NCBI GenBank assembly: GCA_035648615.1
Contig: DASRLE010000427.1
Coordinates: 1 to 47,705 of the forward strand
Reading direction: 5' to 3'
Length of the DNA: 47,705 bases
Origin: Candidatus Saccharimonadales bacterium
GTDB lineage: Bacteria; Verrucomicrobiota; Verrucomicrobiia; Limisphaerales; Palsa-1400
Numbering within the stretch: the stretch's first letter is position 1; every line of letters begins with the position of its first letter. Of this stretch, positions 1 to 9,761 are shown piece by piece. A program made the position numbers and the translations under genes. The notes below the pieces were generated by a model. It saw only the letters and a program-made list of their open reading frames with translations. It ran no database searches and was not told the origin of the DNA.

Positions 1-1
1 A

Positions 2-418
2 CTGGCCGCCGCCGTCGGGCGGGAGCGGCTGGTGCTGGATTTGAGCTGCCGGCGCAAGGACGGCGAATACTTCGTCGTGACCGACCGCTGGCAGAAGTTC
101 ACCGAGTTGGAAATCGGGCCGGAGGCTCTGGCCCGGCTGGCTGAATGGTGCGCGGAATTTTTGGTGCATGCGGCGGATGTGGAAGGGCTGTGCCGCGGGG
201 TCGATTTGGAGTTGGTGGAAAAACTGGCCCGCTGGTCCCCCCTGCCCGCCACCTACGCCGGCGGGGCCAATTCTATGCTTGACTTGGAGGAGGTGACGCG
301 CCTGGGCGGCGGTAAAATAGATTTGACAATCGGCTCGGCCCTCGACATTTTCGGCGGCGCGGGGGTGCGCTACGCGGACGTGGTGGAGTTTAATCGCCGT
401 CATCCTCTTTCGCGCTAA
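2..418 (+). CDS. hisA: ProFAR isomerase HisA, eukaryote/His6-type, C-terminal part (5' end lies outside the window)
   Basis: The frame is open from the window edge. The translation FLVHAADVEGLCRGVDLELVEKLARW...YAGGANSMLDLEEV...GKIDLTIGSALDIFGG matches my recollection of His6-type HisA (HAADVEGL, YAGGA, FGG blocks). Its 3' end overlaps the convergent gene by 29 bp. Confidence 0.8.
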   Translation: MAAAVGRERLVLDLSCRRKDGEYFVVTDRWQKFTELEIGPEALARLAEWCAEFLVHAADVEGLCRGVDLELVEKLARWSPLPATYAGGANSMLDLEEVTRLGGGKIDLTIGSALDIFGGAGVRYADVVEFNRRHPLSR

Positions 419-2963
419 AAACAAAGGCGGCATGGACCGGCGCGGGCAGCGGAGAAGCAGCGCCGCGCACGGATTTCCAGACGGCTTCGTTGAGCAAAAA
501 CTCGTCGGCTGCATCTTCACGGGCGAAATTCATTTTCAAGCCGGCGCCCCAGGCGGTGCGTTCATTTTTTTCCTCCATGTTGATATTTTCCGGCACGGCG
601 TCGTAGGGCCGCAGGTCTGGCGCCGCCTGGAAAGAGCGGTACATCGCCGCGGCCGCGGTGTCGAATTGCGTCATGGGCTTGAGGCCAAGAATCAACTCCA
701 TCGTGCGCAGCATGCTGGTGGTGGAATAGAGGGTGGAATCGGTCGTGCCGTGCCGGACATAAGGGCTGATCACGAAAGCAATGGTGCGATGGGAATCGAC
801 ATGATCGGGCCCATTTTGCGCGTCGTCTTCGACGACAAAGATGGCGGTTTGCGGCCAGTATTTGGAATGGCTGACCATTTCAACCACCCGTCCCAAGGCA
901 AGATCGTTGTCCGCAATATAGGCGGAGGGCGTGGGAAAATGGACGCTTGCGCCGTGAGTGTGGTCGTTGGGCAAACGCATAATTTGCAGTCGCGGCATTT
1001 CATCCGCCGCTTCCAGCCGCTTGAACTCGGCGATAAAACGATCGGCCCGTTTGGCATCGGAATAATGCAGGTCAAAACCGCGAAAGAACGGATCAATGTG
1101 CCCTTGCAATGCCTTGACGCGCGCGCGGGCCGGTTCGTTCGCCTTTTGGTCATAGCTGACAAATTCGCCGTAGCTGCGATAGCTGATTCCAGCCTGGCGC
1201 GCGCGATCCCAGAGGTAGCCGTTGGCGGGAGCCGCAATGGGAAAATAACCTTCCGACGGATAGGGAAATTTATTTCTCCTATTGTGTCCGTATTCCATCG
1301 GCCACATTTTTTGCACGAAGTCGCTGGCGTAAGCGCCCATGCTCCATTCGTGGCCGTCGGCGCTGACTTCCGCATCGGCGTAAAAATTATCCAGAAGCAC
1401 AAACTGGCGGGCCAGTTGGTGGTGATTGGGAGTGGCGCGCTCCGGGAAAAGGCAGAGCTTCGCATCGCCGTTGCCCTGCGGCATGTCGCCCAGGATCTGG
1501 TCGTAGGTGCGATTTTCTTTGATGATGTAAATACAATATTTGATCGGGCAGGTGTCGCCGAGACGGGCCGGAATGGGATTGGATGCCGGACTCTCGACGC
1601 TGCGCGAGGGAATGCCCCGAAAAACTTCCGCCGTCCACGCCGCCATTTGCTTGTCAAACAGATCGCCGCGCGGCAAGTCGATAATGCTGAGCGCGCCCCG
1701 GTAAAGGACTCCTATGTAATCAGCCGTTTTTTTCAGGGGCTGCGGTCCGCCGGGATTGGGCCGGGTTGCAACGCCCTTTCCACTGGCCACCAAAAGCCGC
1801 TTCCCGTCCGGCGTGATCCGCACCGAGGTCGGATACCATCCCGTCGGAATAAAACCCAGCGACCGGCTTTTGCGCGGGAGGGTGACGTCAAAGACCGCAA
1901 TGGCGTTCACGCCGGCATTGGCGATGTAGAGGGTTTTCTGATCGGGCGAAAGCGCGAGGCTATTGGGGGTGGAACCGGGTGGATCATCCGGGTGAAAGGC
2001 TGCCGAAATCGTTTCCTGGGGTTGTCCCGTCGCAGTGTCAAATACAGTCACTGTATTGCGATTGGCATTGGCCACGTAAAGCGCCCGCCCTGAACGATCG
2101 AGAACCATCTCGCAGGGGTGTTCCTCGGCCGGCCAGTCGGACAGTGGCTGCCGCGACTTCAAGTCAACGACATGCACCGCCGCCTGCGCCCAGAGGCTGA
2201 CGTAAAGACGCTGCCGTTTTTCATCCAGGCAACACGCGTAGGGAAAACCATCGTCGGGGTCCGCATCGTAAAGACTAATTTCCGATCGTTTTTCCGCCGA
2301 AGCCGTGTCGAAATCTTCCGGCGGGACAACCGGTGCCATGACTAAATGAGACGGCTTGCGTCCCACATCAAAATCCGTCGTGCGGGTTTCCGCCCCCATT
2401 TCCACCTCCGACACACAATTGCCCCAGACGTTGGCCACGAACAATCGATCTCCCTTGCGATTCAACGCCAAACCCGAGGGCACCGTGCGCAAAGTCGGAT
2501 CATGCACTTTAATCGAATGCTCGCCGGAAAGAATCCCATCCCGAAAATCGAACCGATGCACCACCTCATCGGCGCCGCCGCCGCAAAAAAGTTCACGGCC
2601 GCCGGCGGAAAAAACCAGCCCATAAAAAGCATTGTTCAAAGCAGCCCGCGCCACCACCTTCGCGCCCACTAAATCCACCACCACGACTTCATTCGTCCCA
2701 TAACCGGAATGCAAAACGGCGGCGAACTTTCCCTTGGGATGCACCGCGACATTCACCGGAAAGCTGCCCAATTCCACTTGCCGCCCCGCCGGCCGAATCG
2801 ACCATTGATTATGGAGCAGCACAGCGCCATCGGGTTGCCGGCCTGGCCACTTTACGGGCGCGTCCGTTGCCGGGGCGGCGAAACTTGTCCTCGGATTCAG
2901 CAAAAGGACAAAAACGACAAAAACGACCGGTATAAAATTCCGGGTTTTTTGGCCCCTACTCAC
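390..2963 (-). CDS. Secreted fusion protein: beta-propeller (YVTN/YncE-like) repeats plus a C-terminal phosphoesterase-family domain (phospholipase C / AcpA type)
   Basis: The C-terminal half reads IYIIKENRTYDQILGD...TPNHHQLARQFVLLDNFYADAEVSADGHEWS...LPNDHTHG...FVVEDDAQNGPDHVDSHRT, typical of the phosphoesterase family. The N-terminal half has repeated LYVAN/LFVANV propeller strands. The longest ORF runs to 3146, but that extension translates the 10-mer tandem repeat. A GTG at 2963 directly precedes the signal peptide (RNFIPVVFVVFVLLLNP...AAPA), so I prefer it as the start. Confidence 0.8.
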   Translation of the reverse strand: MSRGQKTRNFIPVVFVVFVLLLNPRTSFAAPATDAPVKWPGRQPDGAVLLHNQWSIRPAGRQVELGSFPVNVAVHPKGKFAAVLHSGYGTNEVVVVDLVGAKVVARAALNNAFYGLVFSAGGRELFCGGGADEVVHRFDFRDGILSGEHSIKVHDPTLRTVPSGLALNRKGDRLFVANVWGNCVSEVEMGAETRTTDFDVGRKPSHLVMAPVVPPEDFDTASAEKRSEISLYDADPDDGFPYACCLDEKRQRLYVSLWAQAAVHVVDLKSRQPLSDWPAEEHPCEMVLDRSGRALYVANANRNTVTVFDTATGQPQETISAAFHPDDPPGSTPNSLALSPDQKTLYIANAGVNAIAVFDVTLPRKSRSLGFIPTGWYPTSVRITPDGKRLLVASGKGVATRPNPGGPQPLKKTADYIGVLYRGALSIIDLPRGDLFDKQMAAWTAEVFRGIPSRSVESPASNPIPARLGDTCPIKYCIYIIKENRTYDQILGDMPQGNGDAKLCLFPERATPNHHQLARQFVLLDNFYADAEVSADGHEWSMGAYASDFVQKMWPMEYGHNRRNKFPYPSEGYFPIAAPANGYLWDRARQAGISYRSYGEFVSYDQKANEPARARVKALQGHIDPFFRGFDLHYSDAKRADRFIAEFKRLEAADEMPRLQIMRLPNDHTHGASVHFPTPSAYIADNDLALGRVVEMVSHSKYWPQTAIFVVEDDAQNGPDHVDSHRTIAFVISPYVRHGTTDSTLYSTTSMLRTMELILGLKPMTQFDTAAAAMYRSFQAAPDLRPYDAVPENINMEEKNERTAWGAGLKMNFAREDAADEFLLNEAVWKSVRGAASPLPAPVHAAFVFSAKEDDGD

Positions 2964-3007
2964 GCATAGGGGAAACGCTGACTCACCCCCCGAATTTGGG
3001 TCATATT

Positions 3008-3037
3008 GGTTTGACTGGGTTTGACTGGGTTTGACTG
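3008..3037. repeat. Three perfect tandem copies of the 10-mer GGTTTGACTG (CAGTCAAACC on the minus strand)
   Basis: Read directly: ggtttgactg ggtttgactg ggtttgactg. It lies about 45 nt upstream of the preferred GTG start of the phosphoesterase gene, in the divergent region shared with the two-component operon. Confidence 0.9.
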
Positions 3038-3268
3038 GAGGGCTAAAATGACCGGTATCCGGGCCGCCATCCTGTCGGCCGAGCGAATGCGTTAAACCCG
3101 CGATTTCGGCATCCTGCCTTTGGTTTTCGGCACAATTTCTTTTCACGTAACTTAAATACTAATTAAACTACAATATGTCAACGTCTTTTTTGAGGCGCAA
3201 TTCGCGATTTTACAAAACCGTGACAATTGCGCTTGCGACGCTGGCTAACTTGGCAGGAAATAGAGCGA

Positions 3269-5395
3269 ATGCCATCGGAACCTTCACGGAAACAATCGTT
3301 CTTCTGGCAGGCAATCCTCATTCTCCTGCCGGTAGCGGTGTTGACGGTCCTCGGTTTGTTTTCGCTGCGTCAGGACAGGGTGCTGGCGGAACAGGAGGCG
3401 ATACAACGCGGCCAGTCCATTGCCGGGCGGTTGGCAGACCACATCCGCGGCGCATTGAATCGGCAATTAGCGGAATACGGCGAGGCAAACTCCATGCTGC
3501 GCATCGCACGAAGAGTGGGTCTATTCCTTCCGACGCGCTTCCCCTTCGCTCCGGGTCAGCGCCCCGAGGACTTTATCCAACGGTGGCAGGGGTTAAACCC
3601 CGGCCTTGATTTGTTTGCCATGCCCGTTTCCGATTGCGTGCTGAATCTCGATGGTGAACACTGCGCCCCGCCGCTTTATCCCCTCGCGCCCTCCCCACCG
3701 GAATGGCTGTTGGAATTATCCCCTGAGCAACGCCAATTCATGGAGGACGAGGAACAGACGGAATTTAAGGCGGACGGCACCGATGCCGCGCAAGAGGCGA
3801 TCAGGAATTTCATCGCCACCGAACCGCCGAAGAGCGCGCTGGCCACGATGGACTTTCATTTGCTATTGCTGAAAACACGCGGGCTTCCCGCTGCCAAAAA
3901 TGTCGAGCACTTGGCGAACTCAGCCTTGGCCCGGTCAGGCCAACTCACCGAAACCGGATTGCCGATCGGCCAATTGATTTGTTATCGCGCCTTGCGGTTG
4001 CTCCCTGACAATGCCGGTTTGATCGGGCCTCTTTCCGAAAGCATTACTTGGGCGATCGAGAACCGCCCTTCCATTTTGGCGGCACGGCTCATTGCGGAGG
4101 CGGAGCGAGTCGCTCCCGGAAAGGACACCGGCCTGCTGAAAGCGTGGTGGAACTCGGAGGATAGGGCCATAATGGTGTTGCGGGATTTTCGGGAGCAGCA
4201 TCCCGCCGGCACTTGGACGAATGCGCTGCTTTGGATCGATTCCGCCGGAGGCCGCTTTCTGCTTGCGCTCGCCCCAGGAACTTCGTCCTGCCACCTTGGC
4301 ATCTTTCCCTCGGAAGTCGTCAGTAAGGCGCTGGACGACGCTGTTGCTAAAGCGGACATTTCAGTCCCGCCGTATGCCAGAATTGCCTTGGAAATCGGCG
4401 ATCGCACATTGGCCTGGCGGCAAAATCATTTTTTTCTGGCCACGAATTTGTTGTCGCCGCCGGTGCTGGGCGAGGCGCGCGCGGCGGTGTCCAGTCCGCC
4501 CCACCAAGGAGCGCCCTATCCATTCCAAGTTCGGGTGTTCCTGGCCGACCGCAACGTTCTTTATGCGCGACAGCACCAGCGCACGCTGCTCTTCGGCGGG
4601 TTGATTCTGGCCTCCTCGCTCGCGGCCCTGCTCGGGCTGATGGCTGCGCATCGTGCTTTTGACCGGCAACGGGAGTTGAATGAATTAAAATCCAATTTCG
4701 TCTCCAGCGTCTCGCACGAGCTTCGCGCCCCTATCGCTTCCGTTCGGTTAATGGCTGAAAACCTCGCAGGCGGCAAAGTCGCCGAACCGCTGAAGCAGCA
4801 GGAATATTTTGGTTTCATCGTGCAGGAATGCCGCCGGCTTTCCTCGCTGATCGAAAACGTGCTCGATTTCTCGCGCATCGAACAAGGCCGCAAACAATAT
4901 GAATTTGAACCGGCTGATCTCGCCGCGCTCACCCGGACCACCGTCAAACTCATGGAGCCGAATGCGGCGGAAAAAGGCGTCCGATTGGAAATGTCCCCTG
5001 CCCCGCCCGCAACACTGCCCATCGAATTAACGGTGGACGACCGGGCGATTCAGCAGGCGCTGGTCAATCTGATTGACAACGCCATCAAACATTCGGCCAA
5101 GGGCGAAACCGTGACAGTGGGAATGGAAAGGAAGACCACAGCGGGCACGGACTGGGTTTGTTTATTTGTGGCCGATCACGGCCCCGGCATTCCAGCGGCG
5201 GAGCATGAAAAGATTTTTGAGCGATTTTACCGGCGCGGCTCGGAATTGCGCCGCGAAACTCAGGGAGTTGGCATCGGCTTGAGTGTGGTGAAGCATATCG
5301 TTGAAGCGCATGGCGGGTGTGTCATGGTGCAAAGCGAGGTTGGCCGAGGCAGCCGGTTCACCATTGAATTGCCCGCAAGGAGTCAAGATGAATGA
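3269..5395 (+). CDS. Sensor histidine kinase with a large uncharacterised N-terminal sensor region
   Basis: H-box FVSSVSHELRAPIASV, N-box LVNLIDNAIKHS, G-boxes DHGPGIP and GVGIGLSVVKHIVEAHGG, and two transmembrane segments. The track ORF starts at TTG 3227. The ATG at 3269 (MPSEPSRKQSFFWQAILILLPVAV) looks the more likely start. Confidence 0.85.
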   Translation: MPSEPSRKQSFFWQAILILLPVAVLTVLGLFSLRQDRVLAEQEAIQRGQSIAGRLADHIRGALNRQLAEYGEANSMLRIARRVGLFLPTRFPFAPGQRPEDFIQRWQGLNPGLDLFAMPVSDCVLNLDGEHCAPPLYPLAPSPPEWLLELSPEQRQFMEDEEQTEFKADGTDAAQEAIRNFIATEPPKSALATMDFHLLLLKTRGLPAAKNVEHLANSALARSGQLTETGLPIGQLICYRALRLLPDNAGLIGPLSESITWAIENRPSILAARLIAEAERVAPGKDTGLLKAWWNSEDRAIMVLRDFREQHPAGTWTNALLWIDSAGGRFLLALAPGTSSCHLGIFPSEVVSKALDDAVAKADISVPPYARIALEIGDRTLAWRQNHFFLATNLLSPPVLGEARAAVSSPPHQGAPYPFQVRVFLADRNVLYARQHQRTLLFGGLILASSLAALLGLMAAHRAFDRQRELNELKSNFVSSVSHELRAPIASVRLMAENLAGGKVAEPLKQQEYFGFIVQECRRLSSLIENVLDFSRIEQGRKQYEFEPADLAALTRTTVKLMEPNAAEKGVRLEMSPAPPATLPIELTVDDRAIQQALVNLIDNAIKHSAKGETVTVGMERKTTAGTDWVCLFVADHGPGIPAAEHEKIFERFYRRGSELRRETQGVGIGLSVVKHIVEAHGGCVMVQSEVGRGSRFTIELPARSQDE

Positions 5396-6071
5396 GCGGA
5401 TTTTAATCATCGAGGACGAAACGCCCATGCGCACGGCGCTGGCGGACTTGCTTGCCGCCGAAGGGTATCGCGCGCTCACCGCCGCCGACGGCGAGCGCGG
5501 CCTGGAACGCGCCCTCGCCGAAAAACCCGACCTCATTCTGCTTGACGTGATGATGCCCAAGCTCGACGGCTTCGCCGTGTGCGCCGCCTTGCGCCGCCTC
5601 GCCAACCCCGTGCCGGTGCTCATGCTGACCGCCAAAGGCCAGATTGACGATCGCGTCACCGGCCTGGACGCCGGGGCGGACGATTACCTGGTCAAGCCCT
5701 TCAGCACGGACGAACTGCTGGCCCGCGTCCGCGCCCTGCTGCGGCGCGTCGAACGCAAAGGCCGGAAACCGCTCAAGTTGAAATTGGGCGACGCGGAGAT
5801 TGACCTGGCCCGGCAAAGCGCCGCCCGCGGCAAGAAAGCAATCCATCTGACCGCCAAAGAATTTGCCATGCTTCGTCTCATGGCCGAAGCCGAAGGCAAA
5901 CCGGTGACACGCGAAAACTTTCTTGACGCCGTGTGGGGTTACGCCGCCTTTCCCACCACGCGCACGGTGGACAACCATATCGCCACTTTGCGGAGCAAGC
6001 TCGAACCCAACCCCGACGCCCCCCAATGGATCAAGACGGTGCATGGCGTGGGCTACAAATTGGACTTATGA
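5388..6071 (+). CDS. OmpR/PhoB-family response regulator (receiver plus winged-helix domain)
   Basis: MNERILIIEDE...DLILLDVMMPKLDG...LMLTAK...DDYLVKPF, then the winged helix LTAKEFAMLRLMA...VDNHIATLRSKLE...IKTVHGVGYKL. The ATG at 5388 overlaps the kinase stop codon (ATGAATGA), which suggests translational coupling. Confidence 0.9.
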   Translation: MNERILIIEDETPMRTALADLLAAEGYRALTAADGERGLERALAEKPDLILLDVMMPKLDGFAVCAALRRLANPVPVLMLTAKGQIDDRVTGLDAGADDYLVKPFSTDELLARVRALLRRVERKGRKPLKLKLGDAEIDLARQSAARGKKAIHLTAKEFAMLRLMAEAEGKPVTRENFLDAVWGYAAFPTTRTVDNHIATLRSKLEPNPDAPQWIKTVHGVGYKLDL

Positions 6072-6122
6072 TTTTGCAAAAGCATGACAATTGGACGCCG
6101 GCCGATCTGCCAGACTCGCCTT

Positions 6123-8519
6123 ATGAAAACTAAATTGTGGATATGGATTTTCCTCCTCACGGCCACCTTGGCCCAAGCGCAGAGTAATACCCTCAGCTCT
6201 CTCCTGCAACAAGGACTGCTCGAAGAACAAGCCAACCGCAACCTCGACGCGGCCATTGCGGATTACCAGTCGCTGGCCAATCAATTCGACAAAGACCGGC
6301 AGCTCGCCGCCACCGCAATTTTTCGGATTGGTGAATGCTATCGAATGCAAGGCAAGACCAACGAAGCCGCCGCGCAATACCAGCGCATCCTGCGCGAATT
6401 TCCCAGCGAGAAGACCCTCGCCACCTTGAGCCAGCAAAACCTGACGGGCATGGGCGTAGCCCTTGGCAACATTTCGCCGCCCTCAACATCCGTCCCAACT
6501 TCCCCCAGCGTAACGCTTTCGCCAAACCTACGGCATATCCCCGATGCGGAAGATAACGAAATCCAGCGCATCCAACAAATGATTCGAAACAGCCCCGACC
6601 TAATTAACACTTCGGATAGCTCAGGCCTGACTCCGCTCTGCACCGCCGCTCGCTACGGACAAGTGCGCGTGGCCGAGTTTCTATTGACCAATGGCGCTGA
6701 TGCGAATTTAAACTCCGAACACGGCCCTGCCCCCCTCTATTTCGCGGCCATCGCCGGTCAAAATGCCATGGTGAAATTGTTGCTCGATCACAAAGCAACC
6801 ATCGGAAACGCCCTTTATGAAGCGGCCGGGCGCGGCTACAAAACAGTGGCTGAGACTTTGCTGGCGTATCACGCGGACATAAACGCGGTGACCACCAAGG
6901 GCGAAACCGCTCTGGATGCCGCTGCGGCCAACGGTCACTTGGCCATAGTTCAATTGCTTCTCGCGCATGGCGCTGAGGTTGATCTGAAAGTCAACAACGG
7001 CCGTGCGCGCACAGCATTGGGCATGGCGGCTTCGCGACCGCAGAATACTCCAATAATAAGGGCATTGCTGGACGCTCACGCGAATCCGAATGCCGATAAA
7101 TGGGATGCACCCTTGCTTGGGGCCATCTATGTAGGAGACAGAGAGTCAGCAGAACTGTTGTTACAAGCGGGCGCTAACCCGAACAAAAAAGGAGCGGAGG
7201 ACATCCAAGGTAACGTCAACGGTGTTGCGCTTACTCCTCTATCACTCGCCCTCTCAATGGATCAATTGTCCATGGTCCAATTACTGCTGAAATTCAAGGC
7301 GGACCCGAATGATTCGCAAACGTTCGGCCGACCGGTATTATTCGAAGCGCTCGGCGATACCAATCTGCTCCATGCGCTTCTGGACGCAGGAGCAAAAGTG
7401 GATGCACCGGATGAACATGCGTCGATGAATGGGTATGCCACCCATTGGACGCCACTGGAGGCCGCAGTCTCTCAGAATAATCTTTCCGCGGTGGAATTTT
7501 TGCTCAAGCACGGCGCCAATCCAAACCTCCCGGACCAAAGAGGAGATACTCCCTTGCATTGGGCGGCGCAAGAGCCGGCGGCGGAACAAGTTTTCAGGCT
7601 ATTGATGGATGTCAAAGCCGATCCCAACGTCCGAGATTTGGAGGGTAAAACGCCGCTGGATTTGCTCAAGGAAAAGTTGCCAGACCCCTCTTCTGGTTTC
7701 AGCGTTCCCGACAGGGAAATTCTCGTGAGGAAGGAGATTGATTTGTTGCGCAAGTACGGAGTGCTGGAGAATCCGCCGGATTGGAGACGCATTGTGGTCA
7801 GCCGCCCTTCCTCCAAGTATTCGAAAGCCGTTTTCCAAAAGGGAACAAATGACTGGAATCACTTCAGCCTTTTGGAACTGATTTACGACGCCGCGACGTG
7901 GCCCCACGAGCGCGGGTATCCTCGTCGCATACCTGGCTTCGATAACGGAATTTCTCCTTTGGAGTTTGCGGATTTGGCTCATCTCGTGATTGTTCGACCG
8001 GGCGCTTCCGGCAATCCCCCGAAACGGATCGAAGTCAATCTTTTTGACTCGACCAATGGCGTGGATTTCAGCAAAGACCTTCCCTTGGAATTTGGCGACG
8101 TCGTGGAAATTCCCGAACGCGAACACGCCCTGGCTGATCCGCCCCTTTATTTGCCCGCCAATCAATTGGCGGTGATTCTGGATTATTTCAAAAGCAACGC
8201 CGGCGAAGCCAAATTAGTTGTCGGAGGCGGGCAGGCTATTCCACTGCCGATAGAACCTTTCCACTGCCAAATTGGCCAGATGTTGCGCAGCACCGCCGCG
8301 CAAAACGCCCTCACTTCAGACTCCGACCTTGGGCATGTAAAAGTCACCCGCCGCGGACCCGCCACAATCGCCGGCGAGTGGATTTTGGATTGCAGCCATC
8401 TCAATGACCATCAGTCTCAAGGCTTCCTCCCGCCGTCTATGTTGCGACCTGAAGAAGTAATCAACGCGCCCGACCTTTGGATCCGCAATGGCGACGTCAT
8501 TGAGGTGCCGAAGAAGTAG
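6123..8519 (+). CDS. Secreted TPR plus ankyrin-repeat protein with two C-terminal beta-grasp (SLBB-like) modules
   Basis: Signal peptide MKTKLWIWIFLLTATLAQAQ. TPR-like segment AIADYQSLANQF...RIGECYRMQGKTNEAAAQYQRIL. About 9-10 ankyrin repeats (G.TPL..AA..G....V..LL..GA). The C-terminal motifs LEFGDVVEIPERE and IRNGDVIEVPKK resemble SLBB/polysaccharide-export beta-grasp units. Confidence 0.8.
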   Translation: MKTKLWIWIFLLTATLAQAQSNTLSSLLQQGLLEEQANRNLDAAIADYQSLANQFDKDRQLAATAIFRIGECYRMQGKTNEAAAQYQRILREFPSEKTLATLSQQNLTGMGVALGNISPPSTSVPTSPSVTLSPNLRHIPDAEDNEIQRIQQMIRNSPDLINTSDSSGLTPLCTAARYGQVRVAEFLLTNGADANLNSEHGPAPLYFAAIAGQNAMVKLLLDHKATIGNALYEAAGRGYKTVAETLLAYHADINAVTTKGETALDAAAANGHLAIVQLLLAHGAEVDLKVNNGRARTALGMAASRPQNTPIIRALLDAHANPNADKWDAPLLGAIYVGDRESAELLLQAGANPNKKGAEDIQGNVNGVALTPLSLALSMDQLSMVQLLLKFKADPNDSQTFGRPVLFEALGDTNLLHALLDAGAKVDAPDEHASMNGYATHWTPLEAAVSQNNLSAVEFLLKHGANPNLPDQRGDTPLHWAAQEPAAEQVFRLLMDVKADPNVRDLEGKTPLDLLKEKLPDPSSGFSVPDREILVRKEIDLLRKYGVLENPPDWRRIVVSRPSSKYSKAVFQKGTNDWNHFSLLELIYDAATWPHERGYPRRIPGFDNGISPLEFADLAHLVIVRPGASGNPPKRIEVNLFDSTNGVDFSKDLPLEFGDVVEIPEREHALADPPLYLPANQLAVILDYFKSNAGEAKLVVGGGQAIPLPIEPFHCQIGQMLRSTAAQNALTSDSDLGHVKVTRRGPATIAGEWILDCSHLNDHQSQGFLPPSMLRPEEVINAPDLWIRNGDVIEVPKK

Positions 8520-8524
8520 GCCGT

Positions 8525-9229
8525 CTATGGCTGCGGTTTTTTTGCCGCGCCAGCGGACTCCGAGGTCGCCTGCAGTTCGTCCAATTGAATGAGGTCTTGA
8601 ACGAGCAAAGGCGTTTTCACCGAGAGCATTTTGCCGTCTTTCCGGGCGTATTGCTGGCCGGGGGAGATGATGGTGATTCCGCTGTCGCCGATCAGTTTGA
8701 GAGGGATGACGGAGCCTTCGGCCGAGACGTGGGTGCCGTCGGCGGTGATGATATACTTGCCAATCCCGCTGCCTTCCATCACGGAACGGCCCGCCGCATT
8801 GCGGATTTCGAAGGTGCTATCAGCCACCCGTGAATTGACCACCGCGAAAATTCGGCCGGTGCGAAGGTCCAGCAAAGTGCGCTCGCTGGGAAGGCCGTCC
8901 TTCAAGGCGCTGGACATTTTCTCGATTTTTATTTCGGTGCCGGGCTGCAAGCGGACGGTGGTGCCGGTGCGGCGGAAGAAAAGATCCGCCCGCGCATCCT
9001 CGCCCGTGCGGAGAATGGCGCCTTGCTTGAATATATGGCCTTTTTCCAACCGGGTGAAAGTCGAGCCATCGTCGGAATATTCGCATGCTCCCTTTACCGA
9101 AAAAACGTCCGCAGTGGGCGCGGCAATTCTGTCCGAGACTTGCGCCCGCAATGGCGTGGCGAATTGCGCGAGCGCGATGGAAACGGCGGCGACGAGGAAG
9201 CGAGTATGCGGAACTTGGTTTTCTTTCAT
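8525..9229 (-). CDS. Secreted FecR-domain-like protein
   Basis: Signal peptide AAVSIALAQFATPLRAQ. The core VKGACEYSDDGSTFTRLEKGHIFKQGAILRTGEDARADLFF..GTTVRLQPGTEIKI is typical of the FecR sensing domain. No N-terminal anti-sigma domain is visible. Confidence 0.65.
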   Translation of the reverse strand: MKENQVPHTRFLVAAVSIALAQFATPLRAQVSDRIAAPTADVFSVKGACEYSDDGSTFTRLEKGHIFKQGAILRTGEDARADLFFRRTGTTVRLQPGTEIKIEKMSSALKDGLPSERTLLDLRTGRIFAVVNSRVADSTFEIRNAAGRSVMEGSGIGKYIITADGTHVSAEGSVIPLKLIGDSGITIISPGQQYARKDGKMLSVKTPLLVQDLIQLDELQATSESAGAAKKPQP

Positions 9230-9290
9230 TCAACAGCGTAGCCCGAAAAGACTGCGGCGCTAGATTGGGTATTCCCCCCATGCGCCGTCC

Positions 9291-9761
9291 TCATGCGCCA
9301 TTGGCCATGAGTGAAGCGAATTTCAGGCGCACGGCGGGGCTGCGGTTCAGTTCCAGCCAGAATTGCTTGATCTGGATGGCAATTTCGCGCAGGTCGTCGT
9401 GACTGGAAGGTTTGACCAGATACGCATTGGCCCCCAACTCATACGCCCGGTCAATATCAGGCCCCAACCCCGAGGAAGTCAGGACGATGACGATGACGGT
9501 TCTTAATTCGGCCTGCCCCCTCATCCATTGCAAAACATCCAAGCCCATCACTCGAGGCAGCTTCAAATCCAACAGCACCAGGCTGGGCAAAGGAAAGCGA
9601 TTGCGATCGGCGAATCCGCCATCCCCCGCCAGAAAATCCATCGCTTCCTGTCCATCCTGGGCCACCTGCATCGGATTGAGAATGCCCGCCAGTTTAAAGG
9701 CGTGTTTCATGAAAAAAACGTCGTTGGCCTCGTCCTCCACTAGAAGAATGGGAGCATTCAC
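9291..9761 (-). CDS. Stand-alone CheY-like response regulator (receiver domain only)
   Basis: ILLVEDEANDVFF...LVLLDLKLPRVMGLDVL...VIVLTSS...ANAYLVKP. Its start overlaps the upstream kinase stop by 4 nt. Confidence 0.9.
   Translation of the reverse strand: MNAPILLVEDEANDVFFMKHAFKLAGILNPMQVAQDGQEAMDFLAGDGGFADRNRFPLPSLVLLDLKLPRVMGLDVLQWMRGQAELRTVIVIVLTSSGLGPDIDRAYELGANAYLVKPSSHDDLREIAIQIKQFWLELNRSPAVRLKFASLMANGA

Noticed and set aside
432-2093. 553-aa plus-strand ORF (and the smaller ORFs at 770-1657 and 2346-2672) overlapping the phosphoesterase gene
   Set aside because: It lies antisense to a gene with clear family motifs. The translation is Gly/Arg/Ala-rich with no motifs, a typical high-GC shadow ORF.
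2964-3146. N-terminal 61-codon extension of the 918-aa ORF
   Set aside because: It translates the 10-mer tandem repeat and has no protein-like character. The signal peptide begins right after the GTG at 2963.
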